From IMG/VR virus record IMGVR_UViG_3300023180_000017: a stretch of 64,000 bases of DNA; one strand, written 5' to 3'. The notes below the pieces were generated by a model that was given only the letters and a program-made list of their open reading frames with translations, was not told the DNA's origin and did no database searches. Source of the stretch: a virus. Both the position numbers and the translations under genes were made by a program. Below are positions 45,599 to 53,603 of this stretch, piece by piece (positions within the stretch are counted from its first letter, which is position 1; each line of letters opens with the position of its first letter).

Positions 45599-45686
45599 CA
45601 TGTTGATATACTTGGGCAAAAAAGATGCAAAAAAGTCAAAAAAATGCTTGACTTTTAGCGTAAAAGGTGCTATCATATACACATAA
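45596..45686 (+). promoter_or_regulatory. Early promoter cassette, copy 2
   Basis: TAACATGTTGATA (45596-45608), three A-tracts, -35 TTGACT at 45648. Confidence 0.8.
45629..45679 (+). repeat. 51-bp direct repeat, copy 2
   Basis: Identical to 43304-43354. Confidence 0.92.
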
Positions 45687-45722
45687 ACTGAAGAAATTGA
45701 TATATTTGTGAGGACTTATATT

Positions 45723-46892
45723 ATGCAAAATGATCGTAAAATACTTATTAATGCTCTTAAAGAAAAAGACAATGCCGACGGCATCTTTAAGCGTATTGAC
45801 ATCCTTAGGACAGCCGAAGAACTTGGACTAGCTTTTCCAGGTTGGATTGTCAACAAGGACGACTATAAAATTAGCCGAGGTGTTTATAACCTAGCAGGCA
45901 TGTTCCAAGGTAACATGTCTCCAATTGTTAGCGCACCTAAGCCTGTAGCCAAGCCAATCCTTGAGGTTGTTACTCCTGAGGCTAAGGTTGTTACACAGGC
46001 AAAACTAACCGTAGACATTCAGAACTTGGTACCGCAGAAGGACACGACATTTGTCCCATTTGGTTTCTACCGAGACCTTAAGCGTGTATTAGAGTCAGCA
46101 ATGTTTTATCCAATTTTTATCTCAGGTCTCTCCGGTAACGGTAAGACTACGATGGTAGAACAAGTATGTGCGAATCTAAAACGTGAGGCGATTCGTGTAA
46201 ACATTAGTATTGAAACCGACGAAGATGATTTGATCGGTGGCAATACCCTAGTTGATGGTAACGTCGTCTATCGAGAAGGACCGGTCCTCACCGCCATGAA
46301 ACGTGGCGCGGTTCTTATCCTTGATGAAGTAGACCGCGGATCCAACAAGTTGATGTGTCTCCAGGCCATCCTTGAAGGTAAAGCGTATTTCAACAAGAAG
46401 ACTGGCGAGACCGTCGCTCCTGCTCCAGGGTTTACAGTAGTAGCAACCGCTAATACAAAAGGCCGTGGTTCAGATGACGGCAAATTTATCAGCGCCCAAC
46501 TATTAGACGAGGCGTTCCTGGAGAGGTTTGCTATCACCGTGGAGCAGGAGTATCCTACAGCAGCCGTTGAGAAAAAGATTGTTCTCAACAAGATGGCTAA
46601 GGCAGAGTGTATAGATGAAGAATTTGCTACACACCTTGTAACATGGTCCGAGGTAATTCGTAAGACTTACTTCGAGGGTGCCATAGACGAGCTAGTTAGT
46701 ACCCGTCGACTTGAGCACATTGTAAACGCATACGCCATGTTTAAAGACAAGCTAAAGGCTGTTCAACTTTGTGTAAATAGGTTTGATGAGGATACAAAGG
46801 CAGCGTTTGTAGATTTGTATACAAAGGTTGATCCAACTAATCCTCAGCCTATAGAAGCACAGGAGCAAGACGAGTTCGATGAAACTTTCTAA
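45723..46892 (+). CDS. cobS: MoxR/CobS-like AAA+ ATPase
   Basis: GLSGNGKT; ETDEDDLIGG; ILDEVD; ATANTKGRG; DEAFLERF; STRRL; ATG 45723 after SD GAGG. Confidence 0.88.
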   Translation: MQNDRKILINALKEKDNADGIFKRIDILRTAEELGLAFPGWIVNKDDYKISRGVYNLAGMFQGNMSPIVSAPKPVAKPILEVVTPEAKVVTQAKLTVDIQNLVPQKDTTFVPFGFYRDLKRVLESAMFYPIFISGLSGNGKTTMVEQVCANLKREAIRVNISIETDEDDLIGGNTLVDGNVVYREGPVLTAMKRGAVLILDEVDRGSNKLMCLQAILEGKAYFNKKTGETVAPAPGFTVVATANTKGRGSDDGKFISAQLLDEAFLERFAITVEQEYPTAAVEKKIVLNKMAKAECIDEEFATHLVTWSEVIRKTYFEGAIDELVSTRRLEHIVNAYAMFKDKLKAVQLCVNRFDEDTKAAFVDLYTKVDPTNPQPIEAQEQDEFDETF

Positions 46893-47415
46893 CTTTATTC
46901 GTAGGTTCGGAAAAGCACTCCCGGCAGATGTTTGTCGGGAGCTCGTATCTATATCCAAAAAAGGTCTAAAAACGGCAGTAGATGCCGGAGGAATAAAAAT
47001 ACATACTGACGTAGGGGCATTAAAACCTATGGCAGGTATGTATAATAATTTTAATTCTGTACTAGGTTCATACAAAGGACTAATGGAAGAGGCACCGCTT
47101 CATGATGATTTAGAACATGAAAGTTTAGAATGGGAAGCACCTTACCTTTGTAAAATACCTAAAGGTGTAGAAGTACAATCCTTCTTTGATAACTATGGTA
47201 CACATAAAAGACGTTGGATGCTATTGTGTACACTAAATAGTACCGACGGATTTATTAAGCTCCCAATAGCAGGTGCAGACTTACCGCACGTTCGAGGTGA
47301 TATATCTATTTTCCCATGCACATTTTTACATAAGCTGTGCATTCCAGAGGATACAAAAGATAGATATATCTTATTTACTTATTTGAGATTAACAGATGCC
47401 AAAGCCCAATTATAA
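46879..47415 (+). CDS. 2OG-Fe(II) oxygenase-like protein (degenerate)
   Basis: ALPADVCRELV N-terminus; GDISIFPCTFLH...RYILFTYL; the HxD position reads FFD. Confidence 0.5.
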   Translation: MKLSNFIRRFGKALPADVCRELVSISKKGLKTAVDAGGIKIHTDVGALKPMAGMYNNFNSVLGSYKGLMEEAPLHDDLEHESLEWEAPYLCKIPKGVEVQSFFDNYGTHKRRWMLLCTLNSTDGFIKLPIAGADLPHVRGDISIFPCTFLHKLCIPEDTKDRYILFTYLRLTDAKAQL

Positions 47416-47671
47416 ATTTAACGAAGATCAACTCATTCAAGAGTTAAAAGAGTATGTGGATGTTACATACAATCAACATTATAGCAAATCTCAATTCCAA
47501 TCCTCTGAGTTCATTATGGACTGCGGACACGGTATGGGATTCTTTTTAGGAAATGTTCTAAAGTATGCACAACGATATGGCAAAAAGGATGGATTTAATA
47601 GAAAGGATTTATTTAAAATCCTACATTATGCCCTTTTAGCATTAAATGAACATGATAGGAATTATAAATAA
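47396..47671 (+). CDS. DUF3310-like conserved phage protein
   Basis: YKFNE; TYNQHYS; GFFLGNVLKYAQRYGKKDG..RKDL.K.LHY. Confidence 0.75.
   Translation: MPKPNYKFNEDQLIQELKEYVDVTYNQHYSKSQFQSSEFIMDCGHGMGFFLGNVLKYAQRYGKKDGFNRKDLFKILHYALLALNEHDRNYK
47663..47670 (+). promoter_or_regulatory. T4-type late promoter
   Basis: TATAAATA upstream of 47706. Confidence 0.7.
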
Positions 47672-47705
47672 GTAGGCACTTAACCCTAAACTAGGAGAAT
47701 AAAAA

Positions 47706-48059
47706 ATGGCACACGTCGTTGTATACACATATACCCGTCCCAATACAGACATAGACTTTACGTCTCCTTCTGTAGAACAAATGGATTGGGATAATGCGAG
47801 AATGGCATCCATTGTGGATAACAATATTGAGTTATCTTATCAGTTTGGTGAGACAGGATTACAGCTTATTGCCACTCATACAGCGCCAGACTTGGAATCT
47901 TGGCAAAATCATTTAAGAGTTTTATTGCAAAATGATGGACAGGCTGTAATGACTGATATGCGAGAAAGAGCTGAAGCAGACGGTATTACTATTGAAGTTA
48001 CTGTTAATGGTCAGCCTGTTACACATTCAGATATGCTAGCAGCAGTATCTAATCTATAA
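47706..48059 (+). CDS. Hypothetical late protein
   Basis: SD AGGAG and its own late promoter; 117 aa. Confidence 0.7.
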   Translation: MAHVVVYTYTRPNTDIDFTSPSVEQMDWDNARMASIVDNNIELSYQFGETGLQLIATHTAPDLESWQNHLRVLLQNDGQAVMTDMRERAEADGITIEVTVNGQPVTHSDMLAAVSNL

Positions 48060-48076
48060 AACGGTACACCAAACAC

Positions 48077-48105
48077 TTGACTTAATTTGAATTTGTTCGT
48101 ATAAT
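48077..48105 (+). promoter_or_regulatory. Sigma70-type promoter (gp45)
   Basis: TTGACT-17 nt-TATAAT. Confidence 0.8.
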
Positions 48106-48136
48106 ATACGGACTTAATAATGGAGTAAACTATATT

Positions 48137-48799
48137 ATGAAAATCAGTAAAACTACCCTCGAAGTTCTTAAGAATTTCGCAACGGTAAATTCCAACATTC
48201 TCGTTCGACAAGGAAATGTTCTTTCTACAATTAGTACAGGAAAGAACATTTTCGCACGAGCAGTCGTAGATGAAACTTTTGATAAAGAGTTCGCTATCTA
48301 TGATCTTAATAGCTTACTTGCTTTACTTACACTTATGGAGGACACCGACGTAGAGTTTGGTGATGAATCTCTTAAAGTGATTAAAGGTAGTAGTGAGTTT
48401 GAATACTTTTATGCAGACCCTAACATTATTGTTTCTGCTCCCGACAAGACTATTGATGTAGATGATTTCTACTCATTCGACTTGTCCTCAGAAAACTTGG
48501 GTATGATTATGAAAGCAGCCGCGATTACAGGTGCACCTATGCTAAGTATCGTGGCAAGTGGTGGTAAGGTAACACTTACTGTAGGTGATCCTAGCACGCC
48601 TAAGAGTAACAGCTTTAAGCAAGTTATTGGTGATGCTACTGTAGAGTTTGATGCAAGACTGCAGATTGAAAATTTAAAAGTAGTTCCTGGATCATACAAG
48701 GTTACAATCTCTAAGAAGAAGTTTATGTTCTTACAGAACAGCAAATCTGATCTTAAGTATTGGTTGGCACTTGAACGCTCTTCAGAAATTGGAGAATAA
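48137..48799 (+). CDS. gp45: Sliding clamp gp45
   Basis: MKISKTTLEVLKNFATVNSNI; FAIYDLN; ENLKVVPGSYKV; YWLALE. Confidence 0.93.
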   Translation: MKISKTTLEVLKNFATVNSNILVRQGNVLSTISTGKNIFARAVVDETFDKEFAIYDLNSLLALLTLMEDTDVEFGDESLKVIKGSSEFEYFYADPNIIVSAPDKTIDVDDFYSFDLSSENLGMIMKAAAITGAPMLSIVASGGKVTLTVGDPSTPKSNSFKQVIGDATVEFDARLQIENLKVVPGSYKVTISKKKFMFLQNSKSDLKYWLALERSSEIGE

Positions 48800-48800
48800 T

Positions 48801-48974
48801 ATGGAAGAAGGAAAATTAAATTTTAACCTAAGGGAAGTATCCAATGGTTGGGTACTTGAAGTTTCTAATTCAGATGATGGTGCAGAATTTATCTTCACTA
48901 GACCTAATCAAGCTTTGACTATGATTAAAAAAATTCTTAATGAAACTTTTGATCCTTTCAGTGATGGAGAATAA
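48801..48974 (+). CDS. Small hypothetical protein
   Basis: SD GGAG before MEEGK; LREVSNGWVL. Confidence 0.6.
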   Translation: MEEGKLNFNLREVSNGWVLEVSNSDDGAEFIFTRPNQALTMIKKILNETFDPFSDGE

Positions 48975-48977
48975 AAG

Positions 48978-49532
48978 ATGCTTAATTTAGTATCTGATCT
49001 TAGTTGGCCTGTTCGTGTAGATAGCGAATGGGCTGAACTAACATCTAAAGAAGTATTTGAAGGTAAGCGTGTAGTATTGTTTGCACTGCCAGGTGCATTT
49101 ACTCCTACATGTTCTAACTATCAATTACCTGGCTATGACGAACTCTATGATGAGTTTAAAGCGCATGGCATTGACGAAGTATATTGCCTAAGTGTCAACG
49201 ACACTTTTGTAATGAATGCGTGGGCAAAGGACTTGGGAATTAAAAATGTTAAACTTATCCCAGATGGTTCTGCTAAGTTTACACATTCTATGAATATGCT
49301 TGTCGCCAAAGACAATTTAGGCTTTGGTATTAGGTCTTGGAGATATGCAATGGTTGTTAATAACGGCGAAGTAGAAAAGCTGTTTGAAGAGCCAGGTAAA
49401 TCTGCAAACCACCCTGAGGATCCATATGAAGTATCTGATCCTCAAACTGTGCTAACTTATTTGAAAGGTGGACGGCACATTGAACTTACACTAAATGATA
49501 CCGCTGACATTAAAGAGCGAATTGGTAAGTAA
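48978..49532 (+). CDS. Peroxiredoxin (Prx5 type)
   Basis: LPGAFTPTCS; CLSVNDTFVMNAW; GFGIRSWRYAM. Confidence 0.93.
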   Translation: MLNLVSDLSWPVRVDSEWAELTSKEVFEGKRVVLFALPGAFTPTCSNYQLPGYDELYDEFKAHGIDEVYCLSVNDTFVMNAWAKDLGIKNVKLIPDGSAKFTHSMNMLVAKDNLGFGIRSWRYAMVVNNGEVEKLFEEPGKSANHPEDPYEVSDPQTVLTYLKGGRHIELTLNDTADIKERIGK

Positions 49533-49557
49533 GTTTTTTTATTATATTATGGAGTAA

Positions 49558-50505
49558 GTGATGGAAAGTAGAGCAGAGCAGTTTCTATGGGTAGAAAAGT
49601 ATCGCCCACAGAATATTGATGACTGTATTCTACCTGAGGACACTAAAAAAACATTTAAGGAGTTTCTCAATAAAGGAGAAGTTCCTAATTTGCTTTTGTG
49701 TGGCACCGCAGGTACAGGTAAGACTACAGTAGCAAGAGCCTTGTGTGAACAGTTAGGATGTGATTACATCATTATTAACGGTTCAGATGAAGGCAGGCAA
49801 ATTGATACCTTAAGAACTAAAATTAAGGACTTTGCTAGTTCAATTAGTTTTGAAGGAAAAACAAAAGTTGTAATCATAGATGAGGCAGACTATCTAAACA
49901 AGGATAGTGTTCAGCCTGCTCTACGTGCGTTTATAGAAACATTCTCTGAAAACTGTAGGTTTATTTTTACATGTAACTATAAAAATCGTATCATTAGTCC
50001 ACTACATTCCAGGACTACGGTTATTGAATTTAAAACAGGTAACGGTAATAAGCCTAAGTTAGCAAGTGCCTTTATGAAAAGAATGCAGGACATTCTTAAT
50101 TCTGAAGGCATTAAGTATCATGAAAAAGTATTGGCAGATTTATTGATTAAATACTTCCCAGACTATCGACGTGTTATTAATGAACTACAAAGGTATTCTG
50201 CGGCAGGTGTTATTGATGAAGGCATTCTCAGCAACTTTGCAGAAATCAACACAAAGGAGTTGATTGCTTCCTTGAAAGAAAAGGATTGGCGTAAGATGCG
50301 ACAATGGGTTGCCAACAATGTTGATACAGATCCACAAGGCATCTTTAGATACATCTATGATACTCTACTGCCTGAGATTAAATCTATACCTCAGCTTGTT
50401 TTACTTATTGCAGACTATCAGTATAAAGCAGCGTTTGTAGCAGATCAAGAAATTAATCTTACTGCCTGCTTAACTGAAATTATGGCAAACGTGGAGTTTA
50501 AATGA
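49558..50505 (+). CDS. gp44: Clamp loader large subunit gp44
   Basis: LWVEKYRP; GTAGTGKTT; IIDEADY; PLHSR; ADQEIN. Confidence 0.96.
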   Translation: MMESRAEQFLWVEKYRPQNIDDCILPEDTKKTFKEFLNKGEVPNLLLCGTAGTGKTTVARALCEQLGCDYIIINGSDEGRQIDTLRTKIKDFASSISFEGKTKVVIIDEADYLNKDSVQPALRAFIETFSENCRFIFTCNYKNRIISPLHSRTTVIEFKTGNGNKPKLASAFMKRMQDILNSEGIKYHEKVLADLLIKYFPDYRRVINELQRYSAAGVIDEGILSNFAEINTKELIASLKEKDWRKMRQWVANNVDTDPQGIFRYIYDTLLPEIKSIPQLVLLIADYQYKAAFVADQEINLTACLTEIMANVEFK

Positions 50506-50612
50506 AAAAAACGAAAATAAAAAAACAATTAAAAAAGAAACTAAAGGCTTTTCACAAGTTCATGAAACGTGGTAGACTTGCCAAAGTAGTAAACAAGACT
50601 TTATCAGAATGA
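50502..50612 (+). CDS. 36-aa Lys-rich peptide (not in the ORF track)
   Basis: MKKTKIKKQLKKKLKAFHKFMKRGRLAKVVNKTLSE*; ATGA overlap with the gp44 stop. Confidence 0.6.
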   Translation: MKKTKIKKQLKKKLKAFHKFMKRGRLAKVVNKTLSE

Positions 50613-50752
50613 ACAGAATGAAAAGAGCAGTATTAGTATTTGCATTTATTGTTTTATTATTATTAGTAGGGTTTGGTTCTTATTATGAGGCAGACTTTAT
50701 GATGAAGAATGCAGAACTTTTAGCATCTTCCTATCAGATCAGAGGTCGTTGA
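50609..50752 (+). CDS. 47-aa single-TM peptide (not in the ORF track)
   Basis: MNRMKRAVLVFAFIVLLLLVGFGSYYEADFMMKNAELLASSYQIRGR*; overlaps both the upstream stop and the gp62 start. Confidence 0.6.
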   Translation: MNRMKRAVLVFAFIVLLLLVGFGSYYEADFMMKNAELLASSYQIRGR

Positions 50753-51210
50753 TGGAAAGTATTTTAGAAGGCTTTGGTCCAGCAGTAAGTGAAATCAATG
50801 AAGAAGATTTCGTAGAAAAACTTGCGAAGATCTCCCCTTTTGATTTTGCCAATAGCATAAACTACACCAAAGAAAATTTGATTGTAGATGATTGGACAGA
50901 GAATCAATACAATCCTTTTATAGTTAATCGTGCTATGGGGTATGGTGCTGATACAGTTATTGCTGGCAATGAAATGAATTCTAGATCTCATTTAGATAAA
51001 AAGATGCAGTATGATTTTCTTTGTGCTGTTGTTCGCAAAAAGAAACGCTACAACAAATGGTTGAAAAGTGAAGAAGAAAATCTTGAAGCAGTACAAAAGT
51101 ATTTTGGTTACAGTTTCAATAAGGCAAAAGAAGCCTTAAGAATTTTAACTCCAGAGAACATTGAGGAGATCAAGGAATACCTAAAATCATCTAAAGGTGG
51201 AAAATTATAA
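50752..51210 (+). CDS. gp62: Clamp loader small subunit gp62
   Basis: PFDFANSIN..K; YNPFIVNR; NEMN; QYDFL....RKKKRY.KW; YFGYS..KAKEAL. Confidence 0.92.
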   Translation: MESILEGFGPAVSEINEEDFVEKLAKISPFDFANSINYTKENLIVDDWTENQYNPFIVNRAMGYGADTVIAGNEMNSRSHLDKKMQYDFLCAVVRKKKRYNKWLKSEEENLEAVQKYFGYSFNKAKEALRILTPENIEEIKEYLKSSKGGKL

Positions 51211-51213
51211 ATA
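51206..51213 (+). promoter_or_regulatory. T4-type late promoter upstream of regA
   Basis: TATAAATA overlapping the gp62 stop. Confidence 0.6.
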
Positions 51214-51261
51214 ACTAAGAATTCCATAGAGTAATTATGGATTAGTTATAAGGTAAATGAG

Positions 51262-51684
51262 ATGAACAACAAAGAAGATTTCTTTGATATTAATTTTCCA
51301 GGTTATTTTCCTTTAGAGATAGAACTCAACAGTCCTGATGACTTCTTAAAAGTCAGGGAAACATTGTCTAGAATAGGCATTGCTTCTAAAAAGGATAATG
51401 TTCTTTTTCAGTCTTGTCATATTTTACACAAGAAGGGAAGATACTTTATTACGCATTTTAAAGAACTGTTTGCTTTAGACGGCAAAGCGGCAGATTTTAC
51501 AGAGAACGATTTGCAAAGAAGGAACACAATAGGTAAACTTCTACAAGATTGGGGACTTGTAAAACTTTTAATTGAATTAGAGGAAGAAAATTTAGCCCCT
51601 CTAAGTCAGATTAAAATAATTGCTTTTAAAGAAAAAGATCAATGGGATTTAATTCCAAAGTACAACATAGGTAAAAAACGATAA
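51262..51684 (+). CDS. regA: Translational repressor RegA
   Basis: DDFLKVRETLSRIGIAS; QSCHILHKKGRYFI.HFKELFALDG; KYNIG. Confidence 0.95.
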   Translation: MNNKEDFFDINFPGYFPLEIELNSPDDFLKVRETLSRIGIASKKDNVLFQSCHILHKKGRYFITHFKELFALDGKAADFTENDLQRRNTIGKLLQDWGLVKLLIELEEENLAPLSQIKIIAFKEKDQWDLIPKYNIGKKR

Positions 51685-51690
51685 CATAAT

Positions 51691-52275
51691 ATGATCCTAA
51701 ATTTGACGCCGCTTATATATTATGAGGACAATTTTCTAACGAGTTACGAATGCGAAACTATAATAGAAATGAGTCGAGATCATTTAGAACGTTCAAAAGT
51801 TTTTGACAAAGACAATCCAATAACAGATGCAAGGACTAGCTATCAACATTGGCTATCTCATACTGATTCCTTTGTCAAAACGTTTATGGAAAAGGTAGCA
51901 TCCAAAGTAGGAATACATCCTGCTCAGAGTGAGCCGCCTCAAGTTATTCGATATGATAAAACACAAGAATACAAACCACATCATGATACTTTTGATCTTG
52001 TAAAAAATCCAGAACTTATTAAGTCGGGAGGACAAAGAGTTCTAACTGCATTAATGTATTTGAATACTCCTACTTCTGGGGGAGGAACAATTTTTCCTAA
52101 ACTGTCTAGAAGAGTAGATGCAGTTCAGGGTCGCTTAATAATTTTTCATACATGTTATCCCGGAACAAACATTGAACACCCATTTGCTTTACATGGCGGA
52201 GAGCCTGTAGGACTAGGAGAAAAGTGGGCTGTTAATTTGTGGTTTAGGGAAGGTGAATTTAATCAAAACCCTTAA
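51691..52275 (+). CDS. Prolyl-4-hydroxylase-like 2OG-Fe(II) oxygenase
   Basis: QVIRY...QEYKPHHD; QRVLTALMYLN; GGGTIFP; LHGGEPV..GEKWAVNLW. Confidence 0.9.
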   Translation: MILNLTPLIYYEDNFLTSYECETIIEMSRDHLERSKVFDKDNPITDARTSYQHWLSHTDSFVKTFMEKVASKVGIHPAQSEPPQVIRYDKTQEYKPHHDTFDLVKNPELIKSGGQRVLTALMYLNTPTSGGGTIFPKLSRRVDAVQGRLIIFHTCYPGTNIEHPFALHGGEPVGLGEKWAVNLWFREGEFNQNP

Positions 52276-52280
52276 ACTTT

Positions 52281-52288
52281 TATAAATA
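52281..52288 (+). promoter_or_regulatory. T4-type late promoter (hsp20)
   Basis: TATAAATA. Confidence 0.8.
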
Positions 52289-52293
52289 AAATT

Positions 52294-52352
52294 GAGACGC
52301 CGAAAGGGTCTCGTATAACTAACCTTGCTAAATATAGGAGGAAACTAAAATG
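52294..52352 (+). ncRNA. Structured hsp20 5'UTR; ROSE-like RNA thermometer
   Basis: Hairpin GAGAC-GCC-GAAA-GG-GTCTC (52294-52312), plus CCTTGCT-AAATAT-AGGAGG (52323-52341) sequestering the SD with a bulged G. Confidence 0.65.
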
Positions 52353-52790
52353 GTAAGAAGATATACTACAGCCAACATGGCTGATTTTTTAAATGATGTA
52401 AAACCTTTCACTGTAGGTTTTGATAGAATGTTAGACAATCTTGTGAATGTTTCAGAGATTGCAAACAATTATCCACCCTACAATATTGTAAAGGTTGAAG
52501 ATGAAAAATTCATTATTGAAATTGCAGCAGCAGGTTTCACAAAAGATGAATTTAACATCAACCTAGTACCCGAAGGTAATAAACTCGTTGTTCAAGGTGT
52601 ACAAGACCGAGGCGAAGATAAAAGAGAATTTTATCACAAGGGTATTGGAGCTCGTAACTTCACAAGAACATTTGCATTAGCAGAACATGTTAAAGTAGAA
52701 GATGCAGAGTTTGTAGATGGAATGCTTTTAATCACTCTGATTAGAGAAGTTCCAGAAGAAAAGAAAGCAACAACAATCAAAGTTAAATAA
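52350..52790 (+). CDS. hsp20: Small heat-shock protein (Hsp20/IbpA-like)
   Basis: VGFDR; NYPPYNI; IEIAAAGF; HKGIGARNFTRTF.LA; DGML.I.L...VPEEKK. Confidence 0.95.
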   Translation: MVRRYTTANMADFLNDVKPFTVGFDRMLDNLVNVSEIANNYPPYNIVKVEDEKFIIEIAAAGFTKDEFNINLVPEGNKLVVQGVQDRGEDKREFYHKGIGARNFTRTFALAEHVKVEDAEFVDGMLLITLIREVPEEKKATTIKVK

Positions 52791-52800
52791 GGAATAAAGC

Positions 52801-53133
52801 ATGGCCAATGTCCAAATTATAAAATTATCATCTGGTGAGGACATCATTGGAGATATCGAAGAGATACAAGTTGAAGGCAGGGAATTTGTTCTAGCCAATA
52901 AACCTTGTTTAATAATGATGGTTCCTAAACAGGATAATCCCAATGAGTTTGGCATTGGCCTTGCTCCCTATGCTCCTTTTGCTAAAGAGCATAAAGTACC
53001 TATTATGCCAGCACACATCGTTTCAATTTATCAACCTGAGACATCTTTGCTAAATGAATACAATAGACGATTTGGTTCAGGACTTCTTGTTCCGGACAAT
53101 AATATTGTTACTAAGCAAACTTTAAAAGGTTGA
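52801..53133 (+). CDS. Conserved T4-like hypothetical protein (Sm-like fold candidate)
   Basis: IIKLSSGEDIIG; LAPYAPF; EYNRRFGSGLLVP. Confidence 0.65.
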   Translation: MANVQIIKLSSGEDIIGDIEEIQVEGREFVLANKPCLIMMVPKQDNPNEFGIGLAPYAPFAKEHKVPIMPAHIVSIYQPETSLLNEYNRRFGSGLLVPDNNIVTKQTLKG

Positions 53134-53134
53134 T

Positions 53135-53545
53135 ATGTACGAGTATAAATGTAAAATCGTAAGGGTAGTAGATGGTGACACCGTGGATGTCGACATTGAT
53201 CTCGGTTTCGGAATATGGTATCGTAACCAACGAGTGCGATTATATGGAATTGACACTCCTGAAAGCCGGACAAGAGATAAGGTTGAAAAGCAATACGGAC
53301 TTATGGCGAAGGCATTTCTTAAAACGGCCCTTGGGAAAGAATCAACTTTACGGACTCACAAAGACGCCACAGGGAAATTTGGTCGTATCCTTGGAGAGTT
53401 TATCGTGTACGATGCCAAGGAAGATAGAGACCAAAGCGTAAAAGATATAATGATTCGAGAACACTTGGGTGTTGCTTATTTTGGTCAATCCAAAGAGGAT
53501 ATAGAAGAAGCCCACTTACTCAATAGAAAGAAAGTGGTCATCTAA
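53135..53545 (+). CDS. Thermonuclease (SNase-like)
   Basis: RVVDGDTVDVDIDLGF; RLYGIDTPESRT; GKFGRILG. Confidence 0.88.
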   Translation: MYEYKCKIVRVVDGDTVDVDIDLGFGIWYRNQRVRLYGIDTPESRTRDKVEKQYGLMAKAFLKTALGKESTLRTHKDATGKFGRILGEFIVYDAKEDRDQSVKDIMIREHLGVAYFGQSKEDIEEAHLLNRKKVVI

Positions 53546-53548
53546 TAC

Positions 53549-53577
53549 TTGACATTATCCTCCAACGATACTATAAT
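53549..53577 (+). promoter_or_regulatory. Sigma70-type promoter (gp43)
   Basis: TTGACA-17 nt-TATAAT. Confidence 0.85.
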
Positions 53578-53603
53578 TATGACTTATTTGTGTTGGAGTT
53601 ATT

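Noticed and set aside
43388-46892. Cobalamin biosynthesis (cobS/cobT) as an auxiliary metabolic pathway
   Set aside because: No cobN or other cob genes; this is the MoxR-VWA pair common in T4-like phages
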